Positions 53,302 through 63,500 are shown, counted from the stretch's first letter. The stretch is DNA of 64,000 nt from Candidatus Spongiisociaceae bacterium (GCA_965262915.1 OZ253564.1:4096001-4160000), one strand, 5' to 3'. Notes: a model not told the origin generated them from the sequence alone. Numbers and translations: made by a program.

Positions 53302-54738
53302 ATGCGACCTACCACCCCCAACTGGTGGGGCAAACGGGCCCATATCATCTACACCGTCACGGTGTTCGTGATCCTTGCTTCCCTCGACAACGCCGCCATA
53401 GCCCTGTACCCCGCACTGACCAAAGTCATGGCCGCCGACTTGGGACTCAGCGAAAGAAGCGTCGGCCTGGTCACCGCCCTGGTGATCCTGGTGGCCGCCG
53501 TAACCGCAGTGGGCTGGGGATTCTACGGGGACCGCAATCAGCGCAAGCCCCTCCTGTTCTGGGCGACCCTGCTGTGGTGCATAGGGCTGCTGGCAGTGAC
53601 CAGGTCGCGGTCCCTGGTCGATCTGGCGTGGTGGTCGGTCCTGGTGGGAATCGGGTTGGGAGCGATCGCCTCGGTCGGATTCTCGGTGATCTCGGACTTC
53701 GTGGCTCCTCGGCGGCGCGGCCTGGCGATGAGTTTTTGGGGACTCTCCCAAGGGACCGGCGGCTTCTTCGGCATTCTCGTAGGTGGCGTCCTGGGCGCCG
53801 ACGAATGGCGGACGCCGTTCGTGGGGCTGGCCCTGGCCGGGATCGGCGTGGCCGTTCTGTACCTCACGACCGTCGATGTTCCCCGAGCCAGGGCGGAGCC
53901 GGAGCTGGCCGCGGCGCTGGCTGCCGGGGGCACGTACGAGTTCCGGATCGAGAAGTCCGACGTGGCCCGGCTGTTGCACACCCGCACCAACCGGTGGCTG
54001 ATCCTGCAGGGCCTTACCGCGCAACTGGCTTACGGGTCCCTCATCTGGGTACCGCTCCTCTACCAGAGCAAGGTGCAGGCCGAGGGATACGACCTGGCCA
54101 CGGCGACCGCAGTCGGTGCGGTCTTCGGCGCCATCTTCCAGATCGGGGGGGTGACCTCCATCCTGTGGGGTCACCTGGGCGACCGGTTCCAGGTCCGCAC
54201 GGCCCGGGCGAGGGCGATCCTATCGATGATCGGGATACTCGGGGCCATCCCGTTCTTCGTGGGCTTCTTCTTCGTGCCGTTGACCGGGCTCGAGATACCG
54301 ACGGGCCAGGGCAGCATCGCCATCGTCGTCGCCACCCTGGCCAGCGTGGTCACCAATCCCTACGCGGCCACCGCCTTCATACTCTCCGTGGTCGCCCTGG
54401 TCTTCACCTCGGCCGACTCCCCCAACTGGTACGCCCTCATCTCCGATGTGAACCTTCCGGAACACCGCGGAACCGCTTTCGGGCTGGGCAACCTGTCCAA
54501 TGGCATCTCCCGGACGCTCGGTAATGGTCTCACCGTGGTGGCGGCCGGCCTGCTGACGGCCCGTTTCGGGGCTCCCTGGAACTACGCCATCGGGCTCACC
54601 GCATTCCAGGTGTTCTTCATTCCCACCGGGCTGTGCTACTGGATGGCGTCCAAGACCTGCCCGGGCGACATCGCAAGGATCCGGTCCCTACTCGTCGAGC
54701 GGGGCCGGGAAGCCCTCCCCCCCGACCCTTCCGCCTAG
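53302..54738 (+). CDS. MFS transporter
   Basis: 12-TM pattern; GFYGDRNQRK, ISDFVAPRRRG, SDVNLPEHRGT. Confidence 0.9.
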   Translation: MRPTTPNWWGKRAHIIYTVTVFVILASLDNAAIALYPALTKVMAADLGLSERSVGLVTALVILVAAVTAVGWGFYGDRNQRKPLLFWATLLWCIGLLAVTRSRSLVDLAWWSVLVGIGLGAIASVGFSVISDFVAPRRRGLAMSFWGLSQGTGGFFGILVGGVLGADEWRTPFVGLALAGIGVAVLYLTTVDVPRARAEPELAAALAAGGTYEFRIEKSDVARLLHTRTNRWLILQGLTAQLAYGSLIWVPLLYQSKVQAEGYDLATATAVGAVFGAIFQIGGVTSILWGHLGDRFQVRTARARAILSMIGILGAIPFFVGFFFVPLTGLEIPTGQGSIAIVVATLASVVTNPYAATAFILSVVALVFTSADSPNWYALISDVNLPEHRGTAFGLGNLSNGISRTLGNGLTVVAAGLLTARFGAPWNYAIGLTAFQVFFIPTGLCYWMASKTCPGDIARIRSLLVERGREALPPDPSA

Positions 54739-56501
54739 GAGACTGCTGATTTAGTCGGTCTGTTGGGTGTTGGCTTGTTCGCGTTTTGGGTTTGTTGGGA
54801 TTATTGTAGGTGGTATGCAGGGTAGTGAACGTGGTGATCGTGAGTTTCTGGACGCTATGGAACTGTGTGGGGAGTTGGTTCCGGAGGGTTCGGTGTATCA
54901 GTTTTTGGCTGAGCACCGCCGGCGTCTGTTTCCCGCTGAGATGTTTGGGGATTTGTTCGGCCCGCGGGGCCGACCGTCGATACCGGGCTCGGTGATTGGG
55001 GCGGTGATGGTCCTCCAGGCGTTGGAGGGCCTGTCGGATCGGGAAGCGGTCCAGCGGCTGCGTCGTGACATAGCTTGGAAAGCGGCGGCTGGTCTGTCGT
55101 TGACCGATGGGGGGTTCCACCCGACGGTGCTGACGTTGTGGCGAGCGAGGCTTAGGGCGAGTGACCGTCCTGAGCGTATCTTCGACGCGGTGCGGGAGGT
55201 GGTCGCCGCCTGTGGGGTGTTGGCGAACAGGGGACGCCGTGCGTTGGACTCGACCATTCTGCACGACGCGGTTGCTACCGGGGACACGGTGACGATGATC
55301 TCGTCGCAGATAAGGCGTTGCCGACGTCTGATCCCGCAGGCAGCCGACCTGGTGCTGGTGGCCCATGACTACGAATCGAAGGCGAAACCGTCCTGTGACT
55401 GGTCCGATCCCGACAGCCGATCGGAACTGATCAACGGTTTGGTCACCGACGGGCTGGCGCTGATCGAAGGGGTGGAGGACATAAAGCTGAACCCCGAACA
55501 GGCCGACGCAATAGGTCTGTTGGGAGTGGTTACGGGCCAAGATGTGGAACCGGACCCCCACCGGGAAGGCCGATGGCGGATAGCGCGGCGTGTGGCCCAA
55601 GGATCGGACCATATCGACGGTGGACCCCGAAGCCAGGCACGGTCACAAGACCCGGACCCGCAAACGGGACGGGTACAAGGCCCATGTGACTACCGAACCC
55701 GAAACCGGGCTGGTCACCGCCGCCCACCTAACCGCTGCCAACACCCCAGACGCCGACAGCATCGCGGATCTCGTTGCCGAAGCACCCCCGGGTGCCGAAA
55801 TCGTCGCCGACTCCGCGTACGCGTCCGGTGCGGCGCTTGAAACGTTCGACGATCTTGGTCACACCCCGGTGACCAAACCAATCGTACGCAAACCCCACAT
55901 CGAAGACGGCTATCACCGCGACGACTTCGATATCGACACCGGAGCCCGGACAGTGACGTGTCCCGCCGGGCACACCACCCGCATACGCCCCGGTGGTACC
56001 GCCCCGTTCGCCAAGCGGTGCAACGGCTGCCCCCTGCGGGCACGATGCACCACCTCCAAGCGTGGACGGACCATCGCAGTCGACAAACACCACGACCGTC
56101 GCGCCGCGAACAAAGCACGGTGGGCCAAAGAAGAAACGCAGGACACCTACCGGAACCACCGGCCGTCCGTCGAGCGGACCATCGCCTGGCTCACCCGCCA
56201 CAGAGCCAGACGTGTCCCACACCGAGGAATCAAACCCAACCAGCAATGGCTCACCACCCCAACAGCAGCCATCAACCTACAACGCCTCATCAACCTCGGA
56301 CTCACCCACACAACCACCGGCTGGGCACTCAACCCCACCTAAACCACCAAACCCACCGGCAACCCCAAAAACCGGGGCAACTCCACCCCGACAACCAGCA
56401 CCACCACCCCCCAACCGGCAGCCTCCCACCAACCCACACCAGCCAACAGCACATCCCAGGGTTCAAGCAGCACCCCTTCAGACGGATTGCTCGGCGCCCT
56501 C
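54739..56501 (+). mobile_element. IS1182-family insertion sequence
   Basis: Flanked by CTAG at 54735-54738 (the MFS stop) and 56502-56505; imperfect TIR GAGACTGCTGA / TCGGCGCCCTC. Confidence 0.82.
54815..56342 (+). pseudogene. IS1182 family transposase with a +1 frameshift near 55596
   Basis: GRPSIP, LSDREAV, LDST, then (frame change) DRTISTVDPEARHGHK, ADSAY, TCPAG, C.GCPL..C, R..VER. Confidence 0.88.
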
Positions 56502-56618
56502 CTAGGAGGGCGCCGAAAACCCCGTACAAAGAGGTTCGCCCGCTAGCCCACAACGTTCAGACCAGGTAGTTTGCCAACGAGCAAACCCCGCAAGATTCGT
56601 TTTCCAGCACCCGCCCAG
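56502..56618. repeat. family-B-like MITE abutting the IS1182 right end
   Basis: CTAGGAGGGCGCCGAAAA...TTTTCCAGCACCCGCCCAG. Confidence 0.5.
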
Positions 56619-56713
56619 TGGCCTGCCTGCACAACAACCTGCCGTGCCCTGCTCGCTACCGACGCCCCTCGCTGCCGGCGTAGCCCCGCCGCAATTTCAC
56701 AGACAGACCACTG
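56616..56713 (-). repeat. internally deleted copy of MITE family A
   Basis: Reverse complement cagtggtctgtctg...acgccggcagcgaggggcgtcg...agcagggcacg...gccactg matches both ends of the 17061 unit. Confidence 0.7.
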
Positions 56714-56826
56714 CTCCGTCCCCGTCCGTAGGTTCTCTGCCCACTTGCCCTCCCACCGACCGTTCCGGTGCGGTACCCTTAGTTCCGGCAGGCCTCGGCC
56801 TGTCGCGTCCGATCAAGGAGTTATGT

Positions 56827-57048
56827 TTGCCGAAGGACGACGTACTACGGGTTCAGGGAAGTGTCATCGAGACCCTCCCGAACGCCATGTTCAGCGTGAC
56901 GATCGACGGAGGACTGAAGGTACTGGCCCGAGCCTCCGGGAAGATGCGCCGGGGACGCTTCATCAGGATCCTCCCGGGCGATCGGGTCGATGTGGAGCTG
57001 TCCGCCTACGACCCCACCCGAGGCCGTATCGTCTGGCGCTACAAGTAG
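56827..57048 (+). CDS. infA: translation initiation factor IF-1
   Basis: TTG start after AAGGAG; [11 protein letters not shown]...SGKMR...[24 protein letters not shown]. Confidence 0.93.
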   Translation: MPKDDVLRVQGSVIETLPNAMFSVTIDGGLKVLARASGKMRRGRFIRILPGDRVDVELSAYDPTRGRIVWRYK

Positions 57049-57251
57049 GAGGGTGCGGGGATAGGCGGACCGTAACCGCCCCCGCCAAAAGACCCTGCCC
57101 GGCTCCACGTCGACGAACCTCTGGTTGTCGCCGTGTACTCATCAGCCGTCGGACTCAATGTTCCGCCGGGTGAGCCACCTGTCCGCGCACCCTCCAGGAG
57201 TTCCGCCGGCGGGCCGGTGAACGATCCGGGAGGGCGCCTTCCCTGCAGTCG

Positions 57252-57995
57252 TCAGCCGATCATCATCCGGATCGCCGCCCCTACCGCTGCCACCACCAGC
57301 ACCCACCTCGCCCAGGCCGCTCCCTTGCGAACCGCCAGCCGCGCCGCCAGGTAGGCACCCGACGTGTACCCGGCCGCCAGCACGAACCCGAACCCCAGGT
57401 CGACATGACCGGCCACGAAGTAGAAGGGCAACGCCACCAGGGTGTAGGTGCCTATGAGGGCTACTTTGGCACCGTTACCCTTCAGCAAATCCAGCCCGGA
57501 TCCCAACACCAGAGCGGTCAGCAGCAGGATCCCCACTCCTATCTGGACGAAGCCCCCGTAGAAACCGATGAAGAGGAACACGATGTTCCTCCAGAAGGGC
57601 GAGAGGCGTGGAGGTAAGTCCTCCAGCCATCGGTTGGTGTTGAAGATGACCGACAGCGCAACCAGCAGCAGGACCACCGCGAATACCCGCTGCATGCCCT
57701 CGGGGGACACCCGGGTGGCGGTCCAGGCCCCCAGGCCGCTCCCGATCAGGACCGGGGGAAGCAACAGACCGACCCGGCGCCAGGGGATCGACCTCCCCTG
57801 CTGGTAGGCGCTCACGCCGGCGATATTGGCGAACAGGACCGCCACCCGGATGCTGCCGTTGGCGATGTGGGCATCGGACATCAGGATCACCAACGGAACG
57901 GTCAGCGCCGAACCCCCTCCGGCGACCGCGTTGATGAAACCCGCCCCGAATCCGGCGAAGAAGAGGAGGATGAACTCGAGTTCCGTGAGCTACAC
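57252..57995 (-). pseudogene. sulfite exporter TauE/SafE family with TAG at codon 2
   Basis: GTG-TAG-CTC...; the frame continues AGFINAVAGGGS...GFYGGF...; the ORF track only captures it from 57893. Confidence 0.7.
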
Positions 57996-58099
57996 CTTCG
58001 ACGCGTACCCGCCACGGGAGACGGGTGTGAGAAGCCACCGCGCCATCGGCGGGAGATCATGACTCCGACCGAGACCCGCATTGCACCTGCGGCTCCCGG

Positions 58100-58579
58100 T
58101 CACAGGTAGAGTCCCCCGGCCGCCTCGTCCTCTCCGTCGGGCCCGCCGCTCCTGATCTGCTTCAACTGGGCCCGAGCAGCCATCTGCTGGGTCATGATGG
58201 CCGCGTGGATGCCGTTGAAGAGACCTTCGAGCCATCCGATCAGCTGAGCCTGGGCCACCCGGATCTCGGCCTGAGTGGGAATCTCGCTGTCCAGCGGGAC
58301 GAACACATCGGCCATCTCGGCTCGAAGATCGTCGGTGAGCACGCTCCTCAACTGGTCCATCGACGCCTCGAAAACTGCGCGTAGCCGAACCCGGCCTTCC
58401 TCGTCGAGAGTCGCCGTGCGCACCTCTTCCAGCATCGACCTGGTCATGGACGCGATCCGCAGCAGCTTGGCCGGCTCCTCGATGCGGTCGGGGACCTCCG
58501 TGTCGATAGGAGTCGACTCCACCACGACAAAGCCTCCGTCGGAAGCTTCAGGATCACGATCCATCACATCATCGATCAT
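58100..58579 (-). CDS. bpa: bacterial proteasome activator (Bpa/PafE, DUF2587)
   Basis: PAKLLRI..M...LEEVR, E.RVAQAQLIGWLEGLF.GI, C-terminal GLYL. Confidence 0.92.
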   Translation of the reverse strand: MIDDVMDRDPEASDGGFVVVESTPIDTEVPDRIEEPAKLLRIASMTRSMLEEVRTATLDEEGRVRLRAVFEASMDQLRSVLTDDLRAEMADVFVPLDSEIPTQAEIRVAQAQLIGWLEGLFNGIHAAIMTQQMAARAQLKQIRSGGPDGEDEAAGGLYL

Positions 58580-58713
58580 CGAGTCATCTCCATGTTCCGG
58601 ACAATGGAACCTCGGGGTATCTCCACTGTGAGAATAAGCACATTAGTGCCGCTGATCGGTCACAGGACCCCCATCCGGCGGTTGAGCGGGCCGGCCTCGT
58701 CGACCCGCGCGGA

Positions 58714-59298
58714 TCAATCGACCCACTCGTCGAGCACCAAGCCTCTCCCCCGGCCCCGTTCACCCACAGCCCGCACCACAAGGCTGCGCCACAATGCGGG
58801 CATGATCACTGCCCAGAACCTCCTCCAATTCGCCACGAGGAGAGCAACCACGTACACGCCGGGAAGCCACCAGAGGCTCGCGTTATGCAGGACCGCCCAC
58901 AGGAACATGGCCGACAAGATCCCGATGCCCACCATCACCGAGGACGGGTTGGCGAGCAGAACCGATCCGAGAAACACCAGACCGGCAATCGGAGCCATGA
59001 GCCACCAGGAGAAATACCCACCGCACCCGAGCCCTATTCCCAGGCCCACCGCCAGCCAAGCATCGGCTCGCAGGTCCCATCCCTTCAAGCGGGTGTCCCG
59101 CGGGGCCGCCCGGGCGAACCTACCGTCGAGGAAGTCGGTGCACCAGGCGAACCCCACCACGACAATCGCGGTATCCAGACTCCGGAACCCCACCAACCAC
59201 GCGAGTACCGGAGCGCTCAACAGGCGGGAGAACGTCAGGAGATCGGCCACGTTCGCCCCGTCGAGTCCGACACCTCGGTGAGGGATGTTGCCGTCCAT
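58714..59298 (-). CDS. CDP-alcohol phosphatidyltransferase family protein
   Basis: ADLLT.SR, TDFLDGRFAR...G.D..AD. Confidence 0.85.
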   Translation of the reverse strand: MDGNIPHRGVGLDGANVADLLTFSRLLSAPVLAWLVGFRSLDTAIVVVGFAWCTDFLDGRFARAAPRDTRLKGWDLRADAWLAVGLGIGLGCGGYFSWWLMAPIAGLVFLGSVLLANPSSVMVGIGILSAMFLWAVLHNASLWWLPGVYVVALLVANWRRFWAVIMPALWRSLVVRAVGERGRGRGLVLDEWVD

Positions 59299-59447
59299 AG
59301 TCACTCCGGTCTGCGACCTCCTTAGAGAATATCCTACGTCGGTCCGGCTGCGCGTGGTCAAGAAGATCCCTCGTCGGCAGTCGCCCGCCGGCGGCTACCA
59401 TTGATCCGGTTGGGAAACCCCGCCACCTCTCCATTGCCACGACGCCC

Positions 59448-59520
59448 GCCCGCGTAGCTCAGGGGATAGAGCAACCGCCTCCTAAGCGGTAGGTCGCAGG
59501 TTCGAATCCTGCCGCGGGCG
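59448..59520 (+). tRNA. tRNA-Arg(CCT)
   Basis: GCCCGCG acceptor stem, D-arm TAGCTCAGGGGATAGAGC, anticodon arm ACCGC-CTCCTAA-GCGGT, GGTTCGAATCC T-arm; no encoded CCA. Confidence 0.96.
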
Positions 59521-59732
59521 CTCCGGGGTATTCGCGTGTTGGTGGGTGTTGGGTTCGCGGGTTAGGGGGCAAAGTCGGGTTTTTGGCTGGTTTTGGGGGT
59601 TTTGGGGGTCTGGTGGGGTGTGTGCGGTGCTGTGGGGTGCCGGTTATGGGTGTTGGTGGTGTTGGCGGCTGGTTTTGGACGCGTGTGGTTCGACGGGTGG
59701 TTCCCGTCGGTGTGGGATGGGTCGGGGTTGGT

Positions 59733-61463
59733 TTATGGGGGTGCCCGGGTGGGTGTGGGGCTGGTGGGGTGTGGGGGTGGTGTGGCTGATGGGGTGGTGT
59801 CGGGGGTTGTCTGGTCGGGATCGGTGGGGATGCTGTTGTGGTTGTCCCGGTTGCGGGTTCGTCGGGTTTGTTCGAGGTTGTGGATGACTGCGGCCATGAG
59901 CGCGGCGAGTGTGTGGGCGGCGAGACCGAACGCACGGCAGGATGCTTTGTCGAAGCTGCCGTCGTCTTTGATCATGGAGTTGACTCCTTCGACGGGGTTG
60001 CGTCCGGCGTAGTCGGTGGCCCAGTGGGTGGTTCCGTAGGCGTTGCGTTGGTGGTTGTCGAGTTGTTCGACGCTGAGGGTGATCATGCCGTTGCAGCAGT
60101 ACTCGGTGTCGGGGACGGCGACGGTGGGCTGGTCGGGGTTGTGGGTGCGGTTGGGCCGGTTGGGGTTGCGGGTCTTGGCTGTGGTCATAACGCGGCCGTC
60201 GCATTGGGGGCAGATGATTTTCTTGGTTCCGTTGGGGAAGGATTGGAGGACTCTCCATTGGTATTTGGACCGTTCGTCGTACCAGTCTTGGAGGGCGGCG
60301 CCGGTTAGATCGTCGGGTGGGCTCCATCGATGCGGTGGTGTCCAGATGGACAGGGGGGTGCCGCAGTGCACGAGGATGGGGGTGTCGCGTGTGCCTGCGG
60401 TGATCAGCCTGACCCGTTTTTCTTCGTCCGAGGATTGGTTCATGACGATTTCCCAGCCCTGTTCGCGCAGCGGCCGGACGAAGGTGTCTTTTTTGCGGGT
60501 GTAGCCCTGGTCGGCTTTGACGACTTTGAGTTTGGGTGCGACGCGTTTGGCTTGGATGGCCACCTCGTGTCCGATGGGTCCGGCTTCCTCGTCGGCTGGT
60601 GTGAGGGTCATAGCGACAATGTGTGGGGCGACGGAATGGTGGCGTCTGCCTTTTCGGATGGAGCGAACAAGTACAGCGAAATGACCGAAGAAGCCATTGA
60701 AGTGTCCTGCCGGACGTTTCGACGTTTCGCTGCGGAACCCTCGCCCGGCATCGACGTCGTCTGTGCGTTGTATCTTCCCGTTGGGCTTGAGCACAGTGCC
60801 CGGCGGTATCCGCCCGGCGTCGACCTCGGCTTGGGGGGTGTAGTCGGTTGTGCGGGCCCACGTTTCGTAGTCGGTGGCGTCGATGGCGATCTCGGTGGCA
60901 GCGCGAGCTGACCATTTCGCAACGGAGGGTGCGAGGAAGCGGTCGACCATCCATTGCAGGTCGATGTCGACACCGCCGGGGGTGACCGCCCCTTCCGTCA
61001 GGAATGCTTCGATGCGTCTGGCCTGACGCCAAACCAGGTTGTAGGACACAAACGAGTTGCCGGTGTCGGGATCCAGCAGGCCCCATTCGATGGCGATCAC
61101 AGCGTCGAGGCCTGCGAGGACTTCGCAAAACGCCGTCCGCGTGTATTTGCCCGTCATTTTGACGGTCAGGAGCATGACCGTGAGGATCATTTGGGTGGTA
61201 AGCACGGGTTGCGAACCCGGATGGGCACGCAACACCTGATCTATGTGTGTGCAAACCGCGGTGAGGCCCACGTACTGGAACATTCGGCGGGCTTGGGCGG
61301 GAGTCGTGATTATCGGTTCCCGGCGGCGGACTCCCTCCTCGTCGGTGTCCCCCCAGATGTTGACGCCCGCCGAGTCGGTGTCGTCGTACTGGTCCGCGCT
61401 GGAGTGGTCTTTGGGCAGTTTCCGCTCACAGTTCAGCTCGTACAAGCGGGCCGGGTCCGCCAT
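59733..61463 (-). CDS. divergent DDE transposase-like protein
   Basis: IAIDATD ... VKADQGY ... YAGRNPVEGVNS(K) triad with Y-x2-R-x3-E spacing; D.DA..G motif; CPQC/CC insertion; C-terminal ...VIHNL. Confidence 0.7.
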   Translation of the reverse strand: MADPARLYELNCERKLPKDHSSADQYDDTDSAGVNIWGDTDEEGVRRREPIITTPAQARRMFQYVGLTAVCTHIDQVLRAHPGSQPVLTTQMILTVMLLTVKMTGKYTRTAFCEVLAGLDAVIAIEWGLLDPDTGNSFVSYNLVWRQARRIEAFLTEGAVTPGGVDIDLQWMVDRFLAPSVAKWSARAATEIAIDATDYETWARTTDYTPQAEVDAGRIPPGTVLKPNGKIQRTDDVDAGRGFRSETSKRPAGHFNGFFGHFAVLVRSIRKGRRHHSVAPHIVAMTLTPADEEAGPIGHEVAIQAKRVAPKLKVVKADQGYTRKKDTFVRPLREQGWEIVMNQSSDEEKRVRLITAGTRDTPILVHCGTPLSIWTPPHRWSPPDDLTGAALQDWYDERSKYQWRVLQSFPNGTKKIICPQCDGRVMTTAKTRNPNRPNRTHNPDQPTVAVPDTEYCCNGMITLSVEQLDNHQRNAYGTTHWATDYAGRNPVEGVNSMIKDDGSFDKASCRAFGLAAHTLAALMAAVIHNLEQTRRTRNRDNHNSIPTDPDQTTPDTTPSATPPPHPTSPTPTRAPP

Positions 61464-61520
61464 CCCCCGCGCGGCGTAACGTTTCGCGGCGGCGGCGGGC
61501 AGCCCGGGGCTTGCTGACGA

Positions 61521-62468
61521 TCATGCGCCCAGCCCCCCGACTGCTGCGTCGACGGGGTCGAGGTCGGCAGCGGAAGCGGTGAGTAGTCCGGTGAGGGTGT
61601 CACACGAGACCGGACCTGCGATCTGACGTAGCGCAGCCAGGCTGGTGGCGGCGTGTAGATGGGCGACCAGCCAGGTGGAGCGGGCACGTCTCACCGACAG
61701 GCTGGCATTGCCACCGAACCCGACCTGGCGGCACAGCGCGTACACCGCGGTGCGATGCGACGCGGATACGAACCTTCCGTCGCCGACCAGACCCACCGCT
61801 TCGGTGACCAACCGGGTGTAATCGCGCCGGACCGGTACCACACGCGGATGCCGACCCCGAACCCGCACACCGACACGGCCACCACCCAAATCGATCACAT
61901 TGCCAGTCTCGGCTGCAGCGATCGCCGGGCTCAGCAGACCCGCTCCCAGGGTGGCTGCGACCACCCAGCGGCGACCCGCAGGCTCCGCCCGAGACGGCAG
62001 GCAGGCCGAGATCCGAAACGCGGTCTCGTCGCCCGGTGTGTACGGGGAAATAGGAACATGCTTGCGGGTCGGTTCCCCAACCGGTGGCCAACCATCCCCG
62101 AACGCAGCCCGCCCCACCCGGCGCAGCAACCACCGCTTATCACTACGCCACGTCCCCGCCCGGTCGGCGTTGACCTCGTTCGCCCAAAACTCCACGTTCT
62201 CAGGACACAACAGCCGAACATTTACGACACCTGACATCTCGTGCATCCACATCGTGAACTCAGAGGTGGCACGAAGCATCCGCCGCGCCATCGGCACATC
62301 ACCCGGTCGTGCTGCTGCCACCCAACAGCGCACCAACGGCAACGCCAGCGGCTCGAGATGGCCATCGTCGGGATACGTGTCCCAGATCGGCGGTCGCCAC
62401 ATCGACAGCCGTGCCAGCACATCGGCAGAAAGCCTTTCGGACAGCAGGGGCTTGGTGAAACAAGTCAC
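61521..62468 (-). CDS. tyrosine-recombinase-fold protein, catalytic residues degenerate
   Basis: PY at the catalytic-domain start, LGAGL.S.AI (box I), VRG..PRVVP, RRARSTW (box II), LRQIAG; no His or Tyr where expected. Confidence 0.6.
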   Translation of the reverse strand: MTCFTKPLLSERLSADVLARLSMWRPPIWDTYPDDGHLEPLALPLVRCWVAAARPGDVPMARRMLRATSEFTMWMHEMSGVVNVRLLCPENVEFWANEVNADRAGTWRSDKRWLLRRVGRAAFGDGWPPVGEPTRKHVPISPYTPGDETAFRISACLPSRAEPAGRRWVVAATLGAGLLSPAIAAAETGNVIDLGGGRVGVRVRGRHPRVVPVRRDYTRLVTEAVGLVGDGRFVSASHRTAVYALCRQVGFGGNASLSVRRARSTWLVAHLHAATSLAALRQIAGPVSCDTLTGLLTASAADLDPVDAAVGGLGA

Positions 62469-62976
62469 GACCAGAGTCCCAACTTGTCCTGCAAACGGGC
62501 AGCGGACAGAACCCTCAGCTTGGCTAGATGCCCATCATGTGACAGTCGTCTGATACAATCCATACAAGCCTTTCGGCTCAATCCGCGGTGTCCAACGGTT
62601 TGGTAGACCTGAGTGTGGACACCGCGGATGTTCGTTTTCTTCCCCTGCAGTCTCGCCGACTTTTCCCCTCAGGGCGAGCATTTACTATTAGACTATGCCC
62701 TAGGAGACTAGAAACCACCGCTGACCAGGGCATATATACCCACCCGCCCCGAGACAGCATGGCCGCTCCGAGCCGTCGAACCGGCCCGAAACCCGCAACG
62801 GACGCGCTCCGAGTCCCCGCCGTACGGTAGATCCGTTTCGGGATAGAGGGAGAGTTATCCATCGCAGGCACCGTGTTGTATTACTGCTAACATATGGCCT
62901 ATGGTACAGGTAGGGTGTGACACGAAGCCTTTGCCCGATTCGGCTCTTCGCAGCCTGATGGAAGGATCCGCCGCAC

Positions 62977-63306
62977 ATGGACGACGCACTCCAACAAGTC
63001 ATCCGCGACGTCTCCAAGACGCTCTGCGGAGCCCGCCTACGCCTACCTGTAGCGATCTGGATCCGAACCCAGCCCCAGGGCAGTGTTTTCTACCAGCGCC
63101 AGATCGCGAAAGGCATCGGAACCGACGCCCGCTACCTAGGCCGCGAAATGCACGTACTCCAACAACTCGGCATGATCAAACCCCAACCCCCGCCGCGTGC
63201 ACGCGACGTGCGACGTTTCTACCAGGCCGACCACACCCACCCTCTCTGGGCGCTCATCGACACCGCCCTCGCTGTCTGCACCCAACTCGCCCGAACCGGC
63301 CGTTAA
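62977..63306 (+). CDS. winged helix-turn-helix protein
   Basis: FYQRQIA..IG...L.RE...L..LGMI...RRFYQA...HPLW. Confidence 0.7.
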   Translation: MDDALQQVIRDVSKTLCGARLRLPVAIWIRTQPQGSVFYQRQIAKGIGTDARYLGREMHVLQQLGMIKPQPPPRARDVRRFYQADHTHPLWALIDTALAVCTQLARTGR

Positions 63307-63500
63307 CGGGAAGATGGCCTAGCGTGTTGAATGTCTCGATGGTCGGTGGGTTCTCTAGCCAAGCAGGGTGGAAGGTGAGTATGCATGCAAGGGCTACGCG
63401 GCGGCGATGTGGAGGAGCGCGTGGCGGTGGCCCATGTGGTCTCTGCTCCGAACGCAGGCGTACCTGCCAACCGAGGTTACTGACCGGAGCGAGGTTGTAG

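Larger units (their letters stand above)
59521..62630 (-). mobile_element. putative tRNA-adjacent two-gene mobile element (far end uncertain, possibly to ~63306)
   Basis: Begins at the tRNA 3' end; same GT-rich to CA-rich skew as the other IS elements; encodes DDE-like and integrase-fold proteins; no TIR or TSD identified. Confidence 0.6.

Noticed and set aside
57990-57992. Pyrrolysine or programmed amber readthrough in tauE
   Set aside because: No pyl genes seen, TAG is used as a normal stop throughout the window, and a point change is simpler
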